Part shown: in pieces, positions 20,229-35,079 of the stretch
How the letters are laid out: each line of letters starts with the position of its first letter
How positions within the stretch are numbered: position 1 is the first letter of the stretch
Source: Alphaproteobacteria bacterium
Lineage (GTDB): Bacteria > Pseudomonadota > Alphaproteobacteria > UBA8366
Assembly (NCBI GenBank): GCA_965206405.1
Contig: CBDBJQ010000006.1
Span: 675,061-739,060, forward strand
Length of the DNA: 64,000 nucleotides
Reading direction: 5' to 3'
Notes under the pieces: generated by a model
Seen by the model: the letters and a program-made list of their open reading frames with translations, nothing else
Database searches by the model: none
What the model was told of the DNA's origin: nothing
Made by a program: the position numbers and the translations under genes

Positions 20229-20257
20229 TCCCGCGGGGGAAACAGCACCCCGCGGGA
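20229..20257 (-). promoter_or_regulatory. intercistronic GC-rich hairpin between aapJ and aapQ
   Basis: tcccgcgggg (20229-20238) pairs perfectly with ccccgcggga (20248-20257) around a 9-nt loop. There is no T-run, so this looks like an mRNA-stabilising or attenuating element after the binding-protein gene. Confidence 0.5.
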
Positions 20258-20268
20258 ACCACGGTTTC

Positions 20269-21294
20269 TCAGCGGAACGGCGGCGAGTAGAGGATACCGC
20301 CGTTTGTCCACAGCTCGTTGACACCCCGCGCGAGGCCGATCGCCGTCTCCGGGCCGATATGGCGTTCGTAAATCTCGCTATAGTTGCCCACGGCCTTGAT
20401 GACGTTGTAGGCCCAGTCAGCCGGCAGCCCGAGCATTTCCCCGAGCTTGCCGTCGGTGCCAAGCAGACGCTTTACCTCCGGATTGTTGGAGGTTTTCATG
20501 CTGTCGACGTTGGCCTTGGTGATGCCGAGCTCCTCGGCCACGACCAAGGCGTTACGCACCCAGCGCGCGATATCCCCCCACTGGTTGTCGCCGTGCCGGA
20601 CCAAGGGACCAAGCGGCTCCTTGGAGATGATCTCGGGCAGGATGATATGCGCGTCGGGATCCTTCAGGACCGCGCGCTGGGCAGCGAGGCCCGAACGGTC
20701 GGTCGTGTAGACATCGCAACGATTGTTGGCGTAGTTCTGGCGCGCTTCGGCCGCATCCTCGACGACCACCGACTTGAACGACATGTTGTTCGAGCGGAAG
20801 AAGTCGGCGAGATTGAGCTCCGTGGTGGTTCCGGTCTGGATGCAGACCGAAGCGCCGTCGAGCTCCTTGGCGCTTTTGACGCCGAGACTCTTGCGGGCCA
20901 TGAAACCCTGGCCGTCGTAATAGGTGACGCCGACGAATTCGAAGCCGAGATTGACGTCGCGCACGAAGGTCCAGGTCGTATTACGGGACAGGACATCGAT
21001 CGCAGCCGACTGAAGGGCCGGGAACCGCATCTTGGAGCTGGTGGGTTTATAGAGGATTTTGTCGGGATCGCCGAAAATGGCGGCGCTGACGCCCCGGCAA
21101 TAATCGACGTCAAAGCCTTTCCAAACTCCCTGGTCGTCGGGTGCGGCAAAACCGGCCAGACCGGTGGTCACGCCGCAGATCAGCTGACCCCGATTCTTGA
21201 CGGCTTCAAGCGTCGGGCTTGCAGCCTGTGCGGTGCCAGCTACGAAGAGGATCACGGCAAGCATCGCCGAAGATACAGAAAACACTCGTTTCAT
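20269..21294 (-). CDS. aapJ: general L-amino acid ABC transporter periplasmic substrate-binding protein
   Basis: 341 aa with a signal peptide (MLAVILFVAGTAQA) and a family-3 SBP fold. It is first in the aapJQMP order. Confidence 0.85.
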   Translation of the reverse strand: MKRVFSVSSAMLAVILFVAGTAQAASPTLEAVKNRGQLICGVTTGLAGFAAPDDQGVWKGFDVDYCRGVSAAIFGDPDKILYKPTSSKMRFPALQSAAIDVLSRNTTWTFVRDVNLGFEFVGVTYYDGQGFMARKSLGVKSAKELDGASVCIQTGTTTELNLADFFRSNNMSFKSVVVEDAAEARQNYANNRCDVYTTDRSGLAAQRAVLKDPDAHIILPEIISKEPLGPLVRHGDNQWGDIARWVRNALVVAEELGITKANVDSMKTSNNPEVKRLLGTDGKLGEMLGLPADWAYNVIKAVGNYSEIYERHIGPETAIGLARGVNELWTNGGILYSPPFR

Positions 21295-21488
21295 GATATT
21301 TTTCCCCAGGCCCGGACCTAATCACGAGCCAGTTTGCTAGTTATTTTCCGGAACATCGTAACCCCGGTAGTGCGGACGGGCGCAACAAGCCCTCCCATTG
21401 AGCATGAAAGGTAGCGGAGTGGGGCATCTGGGGCAAGAGATTCAGCACCCGCAGGAGATTCCGGCTCTCGGCTTCGTTGAACAGGCGG

Positions 21489-22640
21489 TTATGCTGTCGC
21501 GGAAAGGAGATCCCGGCTGATGATCTCCTTCATGATCTCCGAGGATCCCCCGGCGATCGTCGAGGCGCGGGCATCGGCCCAGGCCCGGGCAATGGGCACC
21601 TCCCACATATAGCCGAACCCGCCATGGAGTTGCAGGCACTCGTCGACGACGATTTTCAGCGTCTCGCTGGCATGGAGCTTGGCCACGGCTGCGTCGTGCG
21701 TTGAAAGGCCGCCATCCATGTGCAGCTTTATGCACTGATCAATGAATGCCTGTGTCACCATGGCCTTGGTCTTTACCTCGGCCAGCTTGAAGCGGCTGTT
21801 CTGGAAATCGGCGATGCGCCGGCCAAAGGCCTCCCGCTCGCAGGTGTAGGTCACGGTTTCCCTGAGCGCAGCGTTGACTCCCGCCGCGCACCGGATGGCG
21901 ACCGCCAGGCGCTCCTGCGCCAGCTGTTCCATCAACTGCACGAACCCCCGGCCCTCTTCGCCGAGAAGATTTGTCAGCGGCACGCGGACGTCGTGGAAGA
22001 AGAGCTCCGAGGTGTCCTGGGCCCTGAGGCCGATCTTCTCGAGATTGCGTCCCCGTTCAAACCCTTCGGTATCGCCTTCGACCAGGATCAGGGAAACGCC
22101 CTTGCCGCCCTGACTCGGGTCGGTCTTGCAGGCGAGGATGTAGAGGTCGGCAATCTGCCCATTCGAGATGTAGACCTTCTGACCATTGATCACGTAATGG
22201 TTGCCGTCGACCTCGGCCCGGGTCTGGATGGCTTGGAGGTCGGATCCAGCCGAAGGCTCGGTCATACCGATGGCCATCACCGTCTCGCCGGAGCAGACCC
22301 TGGGCAGCCAGCTGCGTTTCTGGTCCTCCGAACCGTAGGCCTGGATATAGGGCACGATAATGTCGGAGTGGAGCGAGAAGGCAGGACCGGTGGCGCCGAC
22401 CCGTGCCATTTCCTCGATCACCACGACATTGTGCAGGAAATCGCCCCCGGGGCCGCCGTATTTCTCTTCCACGGTGCAGCAGAGAAGACCCTGCTCCCCG
22501 GCGCGCCGCCAGAGATCCCGGTCGACGATCCCGTCGCGCTCCCACTGGGCATGGAAGGGAACGATCTCCTCTTTCACGAACCGGCGCACCGTTTCGCGAA
22601 AGACGTCGTGTTCTTCGGAAAACAGGTTTCGCGGCAGCAT
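21489..22640 (-). CDS. acyl-CoA dehydrogenase
   Basis: 383 aa; ...GMTEPSAGSDL... and ...QLHGGFGYMWEVPIARAWADAR...IAGGSSEIMKEII are typical ACAD signatures. Confidence 0.9.
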   Translation of the reverse strand: MLPRNLFSEEHDVFRETVRRFVKEEIVPFHAQWERDGIVDRDLWRRAGEQGLLCCTVEEKYGGPGGDFLHNVVVIEEMARVGATGPAFSLHSDIIVPYIQAYGSEDQKRSWLPRVCSGETVMAIGMTEPSAGSDLQAIQTRAEVDGNHYVINGQKVYISNGQIADLYILACKTDPSQGGKGVSLILVEGDTEGFERGRNLEKIGLRAQDTSELFFHDVRVPLTNLLGEEGRGFVQLMEQLAQERLAVAIRCAAGVNAALRETVTYTCEREAFGRRIADFQNSRFKLAEVKTKAMVTQAFIDQCIKLHMDGGLSTHDAAVAKLHASETLKIVVDECLQLHGGFGYMWEVPIARAWADARASTIAGGSSEIMKEIISRDLLSATA

Positions 22641-22688
22641 GGGGCCTCTCCTTAGATGTTGTGCCGGGGATGCCGGGGGGCCGACTCG

Positions 22689-23381
22689 TCAGAAATTTTC
22701 GACCCAGGGGCGCAGCGCGACTTCCCAGGTCCACGCGCTTCGGTGCTGGCGGTGCACCTGGAGATAGGTTTCGGCGATCGCGTCCGGCTCGAGAAATTCG
22801 TCCGTCTCGCTGACCCGGTTCCGGCCTTCGCTGCGGATGCCGCCATCGATGACGAAATGCGCAACATGGACGTTCTTCGGTTGCAGTTCCCGGGCCATGC
22901 TCTGGGCCAGTCCGCGCAGGCCGAACTTGCCCATCGCGAAGGCAGACGAGTTCGGGTAGCCCTTGACACTGGCCGAGGCGCCGGTGAACAGGATCGTGCC
23001 CTTGCTGCGGGCAATCATCCGCTGTGCTGCTTGCTGGCCGACAAGAAAACCGCCATAGCAGGTGATCAGGATTGCGTCCCTGACCGCAGCCGGATCGATG
23101 TCCTCGACCGCCCCTCGGACCCGGGAACTCGGGTTGAAGACGACGATGTCGGGATCCCCGATCGTTTTCGCCGTTTCCTCGAACAGCGTCGCAACGGAAG
23201 CAGGGTCCGCGGCGTCGCAGGCCATGACGGTGGCATCGGTGGCCTTCTGCAGCTCGGCAAGCTTGTCGGTATTGCGGGAAGCGAGGGCGACGCGCATGCC
23301 TTCGCTGTGGAACAGTCGTGCCAGCGAGGCGCTGAGTCCGTCTCCAACGCCAACGATAAGTGCGGTTTCCTGTACGGCCAT
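22689..23381 (-). CDS. short-chain dehydrogenase/reductase (SDR) family oxidoreductase
   Basis: 230 aa with an N-terminal Rossmann segment ALIVGVGDGLSASLARLF and the mid-region FTGASASVKGYPNSSAFAMGKFGLRGLAQSMAREL. Confidence 0.8.
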   Translation of the reverse strand: MAVQETALIVGVGDGLSASLARLFHSEGMRVALASRNTDKLAELQKATDATVMACDAADPASVATLFEETAKTIGDPDIVVFNPSSRVRGAVEDIDPAAVRDAILITCYGGFLVGQQAAQRMIARSKGTILFTGASASVKGYPNSSAFAMGKFGLRGLAQSMARELQPKNVHVAHFVIDGGIRSEGRNRVSETDEFLEPDAIAETYLQVHRQHRSAWTWEVALRPWVENF

Positions 23382-23575
23382 GAATGGTCTTCCTCTATGA
23401 TCCGGCTTCGTGTGCGAATTCCGGGTGTCGATCTTCCGCAGAAAATCAGATGCGAAGAGATATAGGGGAATTTAGCGTGCTGACAGCGTAGCCGGGATAT
23501 TACATCGGCTGCCACGAAGGTTCCGCAGGGTGGGAATGAAGACTCCCCGAGGCGGGAATTCGGTGCGTCAGCGTG

Positions 23576-24998
23576 TCAGCGCGGCAGATCGCTGGCGCCG
23601 GTGAGAAACGCATCAATGGCGCGTGCGCATTGCCGTCCCTCGCGGATCGCCCAGACGACCAGTGACTGACCGCGCCGCATGTCGCCGGCGGCGAAGACTT
23701 TCGGTGTCGAGGTCTGGTAATCCTCTGTCGAAGCCTGGACGTTGCCCCGGGCGTTGAGGTCGAGAGCGAGTTCGGCGAGCATGCCACCCTCGACCGGGCC
23801 GGTGAATCCCATGGCCAGCAACACGAGATCGGTCTCGATGCGCCTTTCGGTGCCTTCGACGGGTGCGAACCCGCCATTCTCCGCCCGCACCTCATTCAGG
23901 GTGAGGGCCGAGACCCGCCCGGCGGCGTCGGTCTCGAAACCGGTCGTGGCGACCCCGTAGATCTGCTCGGACCCTTCCGCCATCGAGGACGAGATTCTCA
24001 ATCGTCGCGGCCAGTTCGGCCAGATCAGCGCCAAGTTCGGCTCCAGCGGTGGTTCGTCCATGATCTCGAGCTGGATGATCTGTTCCGCACCCTGGCGGGT
24101 CGAGGTGCCGATGCAGTCGGAGCCGGTGTCGCCGCCTCCGATCACCACCACTTTGCGCTCCTTGGCGGAGATGAATCCGGCATCGGGGATATCGTCGCCG
24201 GCGTTACGCTTGTTCTGCAGCAGCAGGAAGTCCATCGCATAGTGCACCCCGTCGGCGTCGCGGCCGGGGACCGGCAGGTCGCGTGGCGCCTCGGCGCCGC
24301 CGCAGAGCGCAACGGCGTCATAGGTGGTAAGGACATCAGTGATCTTGGTATCGACGCCGACATGGACGCCGGTCTCGAAGGCCACGCCTTCCGCTTCCAT
24401 CTGCGCCATACGCCGGTCGATCAGGTGCTTTTCCATCTTGAAGTCGGGAATGCCGTAGCGGAGGAGGCCGCCGATGCGGTCGGCCTTCTCCATCACCGTC
24501 ACGACATGACCGGCGCGGGCGAGCTGCTGGGCGCAGGCGAGGCCGGCCGGCCCGGATCCGACGACCGCGACCCGCTTGCCGCTGTGCATGTCCGGTGGCT
24601 CCGGCTGCACCCAGCCTTCCGCAAAACCCCTGTCGACGATGGCGCACTCGATGGTCTTTATGGTGACCGGGTCGTCGTTGATGTTGAGAACACAGGCCTC
24701 TTCGCAGGGCGCCGGGCAGATGCGCCCGGTGAACTCGGGGAAGTTGTTGGTGGAGTGCAGATTGCCGAGCGCCGTCCGCCAGTCGGCGTGATAGACGAGA
24801 TCGTTCCAGTCGGGAATCTGGTTGTTGACCGGGCAGCCGCTGTGGCAGAACGGAATGCCGCAATCCATGCAGCGGGCGGCCTGGTTCGTGATCTCGGATT
24901 CATCCAGCGGCTCGACGAACTCGCGCCAGTTCTGCAGGCGTTCGGCCACCGGCCGGTAGGGACGGTCGCGGCGGGGATTCTCGAGGAACCCGGTCACC

Positions 24999-25006
<8 letters not shown>
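23576..25006 (-). CDS. gltD: glutamate synthase (NADPH) small subunit
   Basis: 476 aa with the N-terminal Fe-S cysteine cluster ([14 protein letters not shown]...CPAPCEEAC) and [14 protein letters not shown]. The start overlaps the gltB stop by 8 nt. Confidence 0.95.
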
Positions 25007-29711
<4,705 letters not shown>

Positions 29712-30152
29712 CTGTGGTGGCGGTGTGTCCTGCACCGATCGCCTCCGGGTTCGGGTTGGCGGCACCTGTGCGCCTCTGGCAAGGCACGCATCCGGAATGC
29801 CGCCGGTGTCTGGGATTGCGGCGCATGGCGTCGGTCGGGTGTCATCCGCCAACGAACCGTGTGCTCACCCCCGGTCCGCACTCCCGGGAACATGGTCCTC
29901 GGGGTGCATACCTCCGGGCAGGCATGCCGTTGCACTAATCTTGTGCGACCGGCTAGTCTAGCGACTGGCCCGCGCAATGACAAGAAACCGCAGGGTCAAA
30001 AAGCGTAAAACGCAAAGCGTTTCAGGGCGAAATCAGGGTTTACAGGGTGTGGTCGCGCCGTGCGGCGGCGCTTTTGCCATGTCGGCAGGGCCGGTTAAGC
30101 TGTGTCTCTGGAACCGGACTGGGTGGGGACACACTGGGGGAACAAGTGAATC

Positions 30153-31010
30153 ATGGCGGAAACGGTTATCAACGGCGAGGGGCGCACACCGCGCCTTAAG
30201 GCTCCGGAGCTGGCCTGCGAGTGCCATTCGCACATCTATGCGCCGGCCGGCCGCTATGCCGAAGCATCCGGCGGCACCCCGCACGGCCCCGCCTCGCTGG
30301 AAGCCTATGAAACCATGCTGGCGCGTCTCGGCATATCCCGCGGCGTCATCGTCCAGCCCTCGCTCTACGGTTCCGACAACGGCGCGACGCTGGAGGCCAT
30401 CGCGACGATGGGGCTCAACCGGGCACGGGGTGTTGCGATTGCCCCGGAGGCAGACGAGGCGGAACTGAAGGCTCTGCATGATGCGGGCATCCGCGGATCC
30501 CGGTTCTTTCTTCTCGCCGGCCCCGGCTTTGATGTAATCGACGAGGTGGCGCGACGGATCGCGCCGTTTGGCTGGCATGTCGATGTCCAGGATGACGGCG
30601 ACTGGCTTGGCGAGGCGATCCCGATACTCGAGCAGCTTCCTGTCGACGTCGTCATCGACCACATCGGCCGGCAACCCGAGGGAACGACGCCAGACGCACC
30701 GGGATTCCAGGCCCTGCTGCGGTTCATGGAGACGGGCCGCTGCTGGATGAAAATCTCGGGGCCGTATTACCGCTCGACCGCAGGGGCGCCGGGCTTCGCC
30801 GACAAGATACCGCTGGTTCGCGCCATGCTCGAGTGCCGCCCGGACCGGCTGGTCTGGGCCGCCAACTGGCCGCATCCGGGTTTCAAGGTCGACGCCAAGC
30901 CCGAGGATGCGGACTGTCTCGATTTTCTGCTCGACGCCGTGCCCGAGGATGCGTTGCGCAACGCCATCCTCGCCGACAACCCGGCCCGGCTCTACGATTT
31001 CCCCAACTGA
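30153..31010 (+). CDS. amidohydrolase_2 family metal-dependent hydrolase (LigI / 2-pyrone-4,6-dicarboxylate hydrolase-like)
   Basis: 285 aa with an HxH motif near the N-terminus (CECHSHIY) and a TIM-barrel hydrolase pattern (...WHVDVQ...VVIDHIG...WAANWPH). The 3' end overlaps the convergent gene by 19 bp. Confidence 0.7.
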   Translation: MAETVINGEGRTPRLKAPELACECHSHIYAPAGRYAEASGGTPHGPASLEAYETMLARLGISRGVIVQPSLYGSDNGATLEAIATMGLNRARGVAIAPEADEAELKALHDAGIRGSRFFLLAGPGFDVIDEVARRIAPFGWHVDVQDDGDWLGEAIPILEQLPVDVVIDHIGRQPEGTTPDAPGFQALLRFMETGRCWMKISGPYYRSTAGAPGFADKIPLVRAMLECRPDRLVWAANWPHPGFKVDAKPEDADCLDFLLDAVPEDALRNAILADNPARLYDFPN

Positions 31011-32830
31011 AACGTCGACGGTTCCGCTGGCGGGGACGCCGGCGTCTCGCCGGCGGTTTCCGCTTGGTCGAGAGCGGCTAGGGCGCCGATCGAAACCGGC
31101 TTCACCGGCGGGCGGATCCGGAACGATCCAACCTCGGGAACCGGCAGGCGGCGCTCCCGGGCGATCAGTTCGCCCGCCGTCGCCGCACACATCCGCCCCT
31201 GACACGGGCCCATCCCGCAGCGGGTGAAGGCCTTGAGCTGGTTTGGCCCGGTGGCACCGAGCCGGAGCGCGCCCCGGATTTCTCCGACCCGCACCTCCTC
31301 GCAGCGACACACCATGACCCGGTCTTCTGCCGGTGCGAGCATCTCCGGCGGCGGTCGGTACAGGCGGTCAAGCAGGGGCCGGATCGCGGCCAGCTTTTGT
31401 CGCCTCCGGTGTAGCGGTCGCGCGAGGCGGTCGCGCAGGGTCATGTCGATGCAGCCGAGATGGAAAGCGGCGTCGAGCGCCGTGATCTCGCCGGAAAGTG
31501 CTGCTGCCTCGGCGCCGAGGATGCCGGCGGTGTCGCCGGCGACCGCGATGCGGGGCCGGTCCGTGGCGCCCCAGGCGTCGGTCTCGGGCTCCCAGTGCCG
31601 CGGCGCCTCGCGCCAGAGGTGACGGCATCCTGCCTGCCGGGAGAGATGGGTGGCGGGAATGACTCCTTCGTGCACCAGCAGCGTTTCCGTTTCTATCACC
31701 ACTGCCTCACCCGACCCGCCGGCCTGGAACCGGACCGCTTCGACATGTTCCTCACCGAGGGCCTCAATGCTCTGGCAGCCGCGCCAGACGGGAAGACGGC
31801 TGCGGCGCAGTGTGCGCATCATCGCAGCGCCCTCGGCGAGCATGGGATAAGCCTGCAGGGCCCGGGGCAGAAGCGGAGCGGCCGCGGCGAAGTCCCGCCG
31901 CCGGGTGGTTTGCAGCACGCCGGCGATATCGGTGCCGGCGGCGCGGAGTTGCAACGCGGCGAGCAACAGCAGCGGTCCGCTGCCGGCGAGCACCGTACGG
32001 CCGGCGGGCACCGCACCGGTTGATTTGAGCATGATCTGTGCGGCGCCTGTGCCCATCACGCCGGGCAGGGTCCAGCCGGGCAGGGGTGTCGGCCGCTCCA
32101 TGGCGCCGGTCGCGATAATGATCCGCCTAGCCGTCGCCGTCCATGCGCCGCGATCGTCACGGCAGGCGACGGTGCCGTCATCATCAATGCGCCAGACCGC
32201 GGTGCCGGGCGCATAGGCGGCGGTACTGGTACGGAAACGCCTGATCAGCGCATCACCGCGCTTGCGGTGGAGGCCGGGAATCCTGTCGGCTCCCCCAACC
32301 TTTCCGTCCGGCGGCACTCCCTGCAATGCTGGCGATATCCGGCGGTAGATCTGGCCGCCCGGGTGTGTCTGCTCGTCGATTAGCAGGACTGAAAGCTCGC
32401 ATTCGGCCGCAGTTGCGGCGGCAGCAAGACCGGCCGGTCCGGCGCCAATGACGAGGACATCGACGTTGCTCGTTTCGGGACGGTTCTCCGGCAAAGTTTT
32501 TGAGGGATCCTTCGGGAAATCTTCCGGGGAGAGCGGTTCGCGCGTTGCACCAGCGCGGCGAACATCCATACCGTCGCGGACCGGGGTGAGGCAGGCCTGG
32601 CGGCGGCCGAGGCCGTCGATATCGACGAGGCACTCGAAGCATGTGCCCATCATGCACCAGGGCGCGCGCCGTTCACCCGAGTTCGCCGCTGTTCGCATCC
32701 AGCCGATGCCGGCCGCAAGAAGGGCGCCGGCGACGCTGTCCTGGGCGTGCGCCTCGATGACCTGTCCCTCGAAGCGGAACGAGACCGGCGCGGTGTCAAT
32801 CAAAGAAGGGTCAGGCAGCCGCCGGTACAT
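30992..32830 (-). CDS. fused 2Fe-2S (HcnA/SoxA-N-like) and FAD/NAD(P) oxidoreductase (HcnB/OoxA-like) with a BFD-like [2Fe-2S] domain
   Basis: 612 aa. The N-terminus carries ...WCMMGTCFECLVDIDG...RQACLTPV, followed by DVLVIGAGPAGLAAA, and a C-terminal VCRCEEVRVGEIRGAL...FTRCGMGPCQGRMC. Confidence 0.75.
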   Translation of the reverse strand: MYRRLPDPSLIDTAPVSFRFEGQVIEAHAQDSVAGALLAAGIGWMRTAANSGERRAPWCMMGTCFECLVDIDGLGRRQACLTPVRDGMDVRRAGATREPLSPEDFPKDPSKTLPENRPETSNVDVLVIGAGPAGLAAAATAAECELSVLLIDEQTHPGGQIYRRISPALQGVPPDGKVGGADRIPGLHRKRGDALIRRFRTSTAAYAPGTAVWRIDDDGTVACRDDRGAWTATARRIIIATGAMERPTPLPGWTLPGVMGTGAAQIMLKSTGAVPAGRTVLAGSGPLLLLAALQLRAAGTDIAGVLQTTRRRDFAAAAPLLPRALQAYPMLAEGAAMMRTLRRSRLPVWRGCQSIEALGEEHVEAVRFQAGGSGEAVVIETETLLVHEGVIPATHLSRQAGCRHLWREAPRHWEPETDAWGATDRPRIAVAGDTAGILGAEAAALSGEITALDAAFHLGCIDMTLRDRLARPLHRRRQKLAAIRPLLDRLYRPPPEMLAPAEDRVMVCRCEEVRVGEIRGALRLGATGPNQLKAFTRCGMGPCQGRMCAATAGELIARERRLPVPEVGSFRIRPPVKPVSIGALAALDQAETAGETPASPPAEPSTFQLGKS

Positions 32831-32842
32831 CGTGTGGATCCT

Positions 32843-32870
32843 CGGGGGTTTTCGGGGTTTTCGGGGGGGG
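32843..32870. repeat. short 9-10-bp tandem repeat cgggg(g)tttt x2.5 in the 5' leader of the HcnAB-like gene
   Basis: Read directly: cgggggtttt cggggtttt cgggggggg. Confidence 0.8.
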
Positions 32871-32884
32871 TGGCGCGGGTTGTT

Positions 32885-34039
32885 TCAGGCCACCTTAGGC
32901 GCCGGGGCGAAGCGACGGGCGCTGAAGGCATCAAAACCGTCCGGCTTCTCGCCGCCCGCAATCCAGCGCGCGACCAGACGCGCATTGGCGGCGGCAAGCG
33001 TGATGCCGCTGTGGGAGGTTGCAGAATAGGCGCCGGGACAGGCCTCCGATTCATCGTAGATGGCGGCGCCGTCCGGGGTGAGCACCCGGATGCAGCCCCA
33101 GCTGCGTACCAGGTTCAGCCCGGCGAGATCCGGGAAGGCGGCGACCGCCCGGCGTGCGATCCGTGCGGTCGCGGCCAGCGTGGTCCCGTTATCGAAACCG
33201 ACATCCTCCTCGGAGTTCCCGAGCAGGAAACCGCCCTCGTCAGTCCTGCGCATGGTCGCAACCGGTATTGCGGCTGTGGCTGCAGTTGCGGCACGTTCGG
33301 TGACGAGAACCTGGCCGCGCTGGGGACGGACCGGCACATCGAGGCCGACCATTGACGCGAGTCGCGGCGCGCCGTGACCGGCGGCGAGCACGAGTTTTGC
33401 TGCCGAAACAGGTCCGGTTTCAGTTTCCGCAACGAAACCGTCGCCCTCGCGGCGAATGGACACAACCTCGCTTTCCGGGCGGTAGTGACCACCGGCCTCG
33501 CGGAATCCCGCATGCAGGGCCCGTAGCAGGCGTAACGGGTTGACGTCGCCGTCGTGGGGGCAGAAGGATGCACCGGTAACGGTGTCGCCGATGCGGAGCT
33601 TTGGCAGCATCTGGCGCACCTCTTCGGGCTCGATGATTTCGCAGTCGTAGCCCTCGGGCCCGGCCTGCTGGCGCATGATGTCCATTTGCCGCCGGCGTTC
33701 CTCGCGTTCCTCTTCGCCAACCAGGATCTGCAATCCGCCGTCATTGCGGTGAGCGACCCCGATTCCGGTCCCTTCCTCGAGTTCGGCCGCAAAATCACCC
33801 CAGAGCCCGGCTGATTCCCGGCTCCAGTCAGTGTAGCGCTGCATGCCCATGCCTTTGGTCTGGACCCAAACCAAACCGAAATTGCCGCGCGCCGCACGCA
33901 ACGCGTCGTCGCCACCGTCGAGAACCAGGGTGTCGCAGCCAAGCCGCTGGAGGCCGTAGGCGATGGCGATGCCGAAGATACCGCCGCCGACGACAACGGT
34001 ATCGGCGGTGTCTGTCTCGATGCGGGATGCTGGTCGCAT
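32885..34039 (-). CDS. FAD-dependent oxidoreductase, DAO family (HcnC/OoxB/sarcosine-oxidase-beta-like)
   Basis: Dinucleotide fold DTVVVGGGIFGIAIAYGL. Start chosen at ATG 34039 (MRPASRIETD); the track ORF extends to 34138. It sits directly upstream of the HcnAB-like fusion. Confidence 0.8.
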   Translation of the reverse strand: MRPASRIETDTADTVVVGGGIFGIAIAYGLQRLGCDTLVLDGGDDALRAARGNFGLVWVQTKGMGMQRYTDWSRESAGLWGDFAAELEEGTGIGVAHRNDGGLQILVGEEEREERRRQMDIMRQQAGPEGYDCEIIEPEEVRQMLPKLRIGDTVTGASFCPHDGDVNPLRLLRALHAGFREAGGHYRPESEVVSIRREGDGFVAETETGPVSAAKLVLAAGHGAPRLASMVGLDVPVRPQRGQVLVTERAATAATAAIPVATMRRTDEGGFLLGNSEEDVGFDNGTTLAATARIARRAVAAFPDLAGLNLVRSWGCIRVLTPDGAAIYDESEACPGAYSATSHSGITLAAANARLVARWIAGGEKPDGFDAFSARRFAPAPKVA

Positions 34040-34085
34040 GGGCTTCGTTTCTCTTGTGTGAGTCGACCCCGCGCATGTTCTGCCG

Positions 34086-34123
34086 GAAATATCGAGGTCA
34101 CACCGAAATATCGAGGTCACACC
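34086..34123. repeat. perfect 19-bp tandem duplication (gaaatatcgaggtcacacc x2), 47-85 bp upstream of the DAO-family gene
   Basis: Read directly: units at 34086-34104 and 34105-34123, in the divergent promoter region. Confidence 0.95.
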
Positions 34124-34153
34124 ATAGCGATAAATCAAACGATATTGGAGAGT

Positions 34154-34181
34154 CGATACTAGGGACGATACTAGGGACGAT
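34154..34181. repeat. 12-bp tandem repeat cgatactaggga x2.3
   Basis: Read directly: units at 34154-34165 and 34166-34177, plus a partial third unit. Confidence 0.9.
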
Positions 34182-34496
34182 TCCGTGTCCCGGCAACGGC
34201 GCTGTATGGGGTTGCCGGCTGGATGGCGAGGTTGATATTGCTGTGATCGTGCCCGATATATTTACTGTCGGGCGCCCGCATAAGGGTTTGATATGGTTCG
34301 CCCAGCCTGACATCACCCGCCTTCCGCCCGGAGGGTTTTCTGGTGCGTGTCTCTGGCCTCGCACCTTCACAGCGATATGAGCCCCAAAAACAGGCGTTTG
34401 GACCCGGTTTCCGGGCGTGGCAGGTTCTTTGCTGAACCTTGCCACCCGCTACGGCACTGCCTACCTTCAATACCTACCAGCCACAGGATCGCCAGC

Positions 34497-35075
34497 ATGC
34501 CATCAAGACCGATTCGGTTTTCTTCCGCACGTTCCGCAGGACTGCCTGCCGCATTGCCTGTCGCGCTGTTTGCAGGCGTCCTTGCGTTTGGTGTCGCACT
34601 CGATATTCCCGAGAGTCGCGCCGGCAGCAGCCTCTATCCGACGACCGTGCCGCGTGGCTCGGCGGGCAAACTTCAGCACATCCGCTACGGTACCATCGAG
34701 GGTGTCCGCCGTGTTCGGATCGAGGGATCGAAGTCGGGCATCGGTGCTGCTGTCGGTGGCGTGGGCGGCGGTGTCGCCGGCTCGGCTTTCGGTGGTGGCA
34801 AGCGCGCCAAGACCCTGACGACGCTTGGTGGTGCTCTGGCTGGTGGTATTATCGGCCACAAGGTGGAAGAAGAGACAACCAAGGAGCGCGGCTACGAGTA
34901 CACCATCCAGATGGATACCGGCGAGCATGTCGCCGGCATCCAGGGTGGCCACCGGCCTTTCAAGGTCGGCGACCGGATCCAGATCATCGAGAGTGTCGAT
35001 AATCGCCCCGTCTGGAAACGACAGCAGGACGGCGGCGCGACCGTCCGCATCCTGCCGGCGCCACCGGGAAAATAA
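34497..35075 (+). CDS. glycine-zipper (SlyB / 17-kDa-antigen-like) envelope protein
   Basis: Internal ATG 34497 (MPSRPIRF...) is followed by a hydrophobic signal/anchor segment LPAALPVALFAGVLAFGVAL. The glycine-zipper stretch is GIGAAVGGVGGGVAGSAFGGG...LGGALAGGIIG. No lipobox Cys is present. Confidence 0.6.
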   Translation: MPSRPIRFSSARSAGLPAALPVALFAGVLAFGVALDIPESRAGSSLYPTTVPRGSAGKLQHIRYGTIEGVRRVRIEGSKSGIGAAVGGVGGGVAGSAFGGGKRAKTLTTLGGALAGGIIGHKVEEETTKERGYEYTIQMDTGEHVAGIQGGHRPFKVGDRIQIIESVDNRPVWKRQQDGGATVRILPAPPGK

Positions 35076-35079
35076 CACC

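Noticed and set aside
30033-31310. 425-aa minus-strand ORF
   Set aside because: It is antisense to the LigI-like amidohydrolase and overlaps the HcnAB-like gene out of frame. The translation is Arg/Pro/Gly-rich with no motifs.
34190-34219. Hairpin CCGGCAAC-N13-GTTGCCGG in the 34.0-34.5 kb divergent intergenic region, as a terminator or riboswitch
   Set aside because: There is no T-run, no upstream gene to terminate in either orientation, and no similarity to any riboswitch class I know. It may be an operator, but I cannot support a call.
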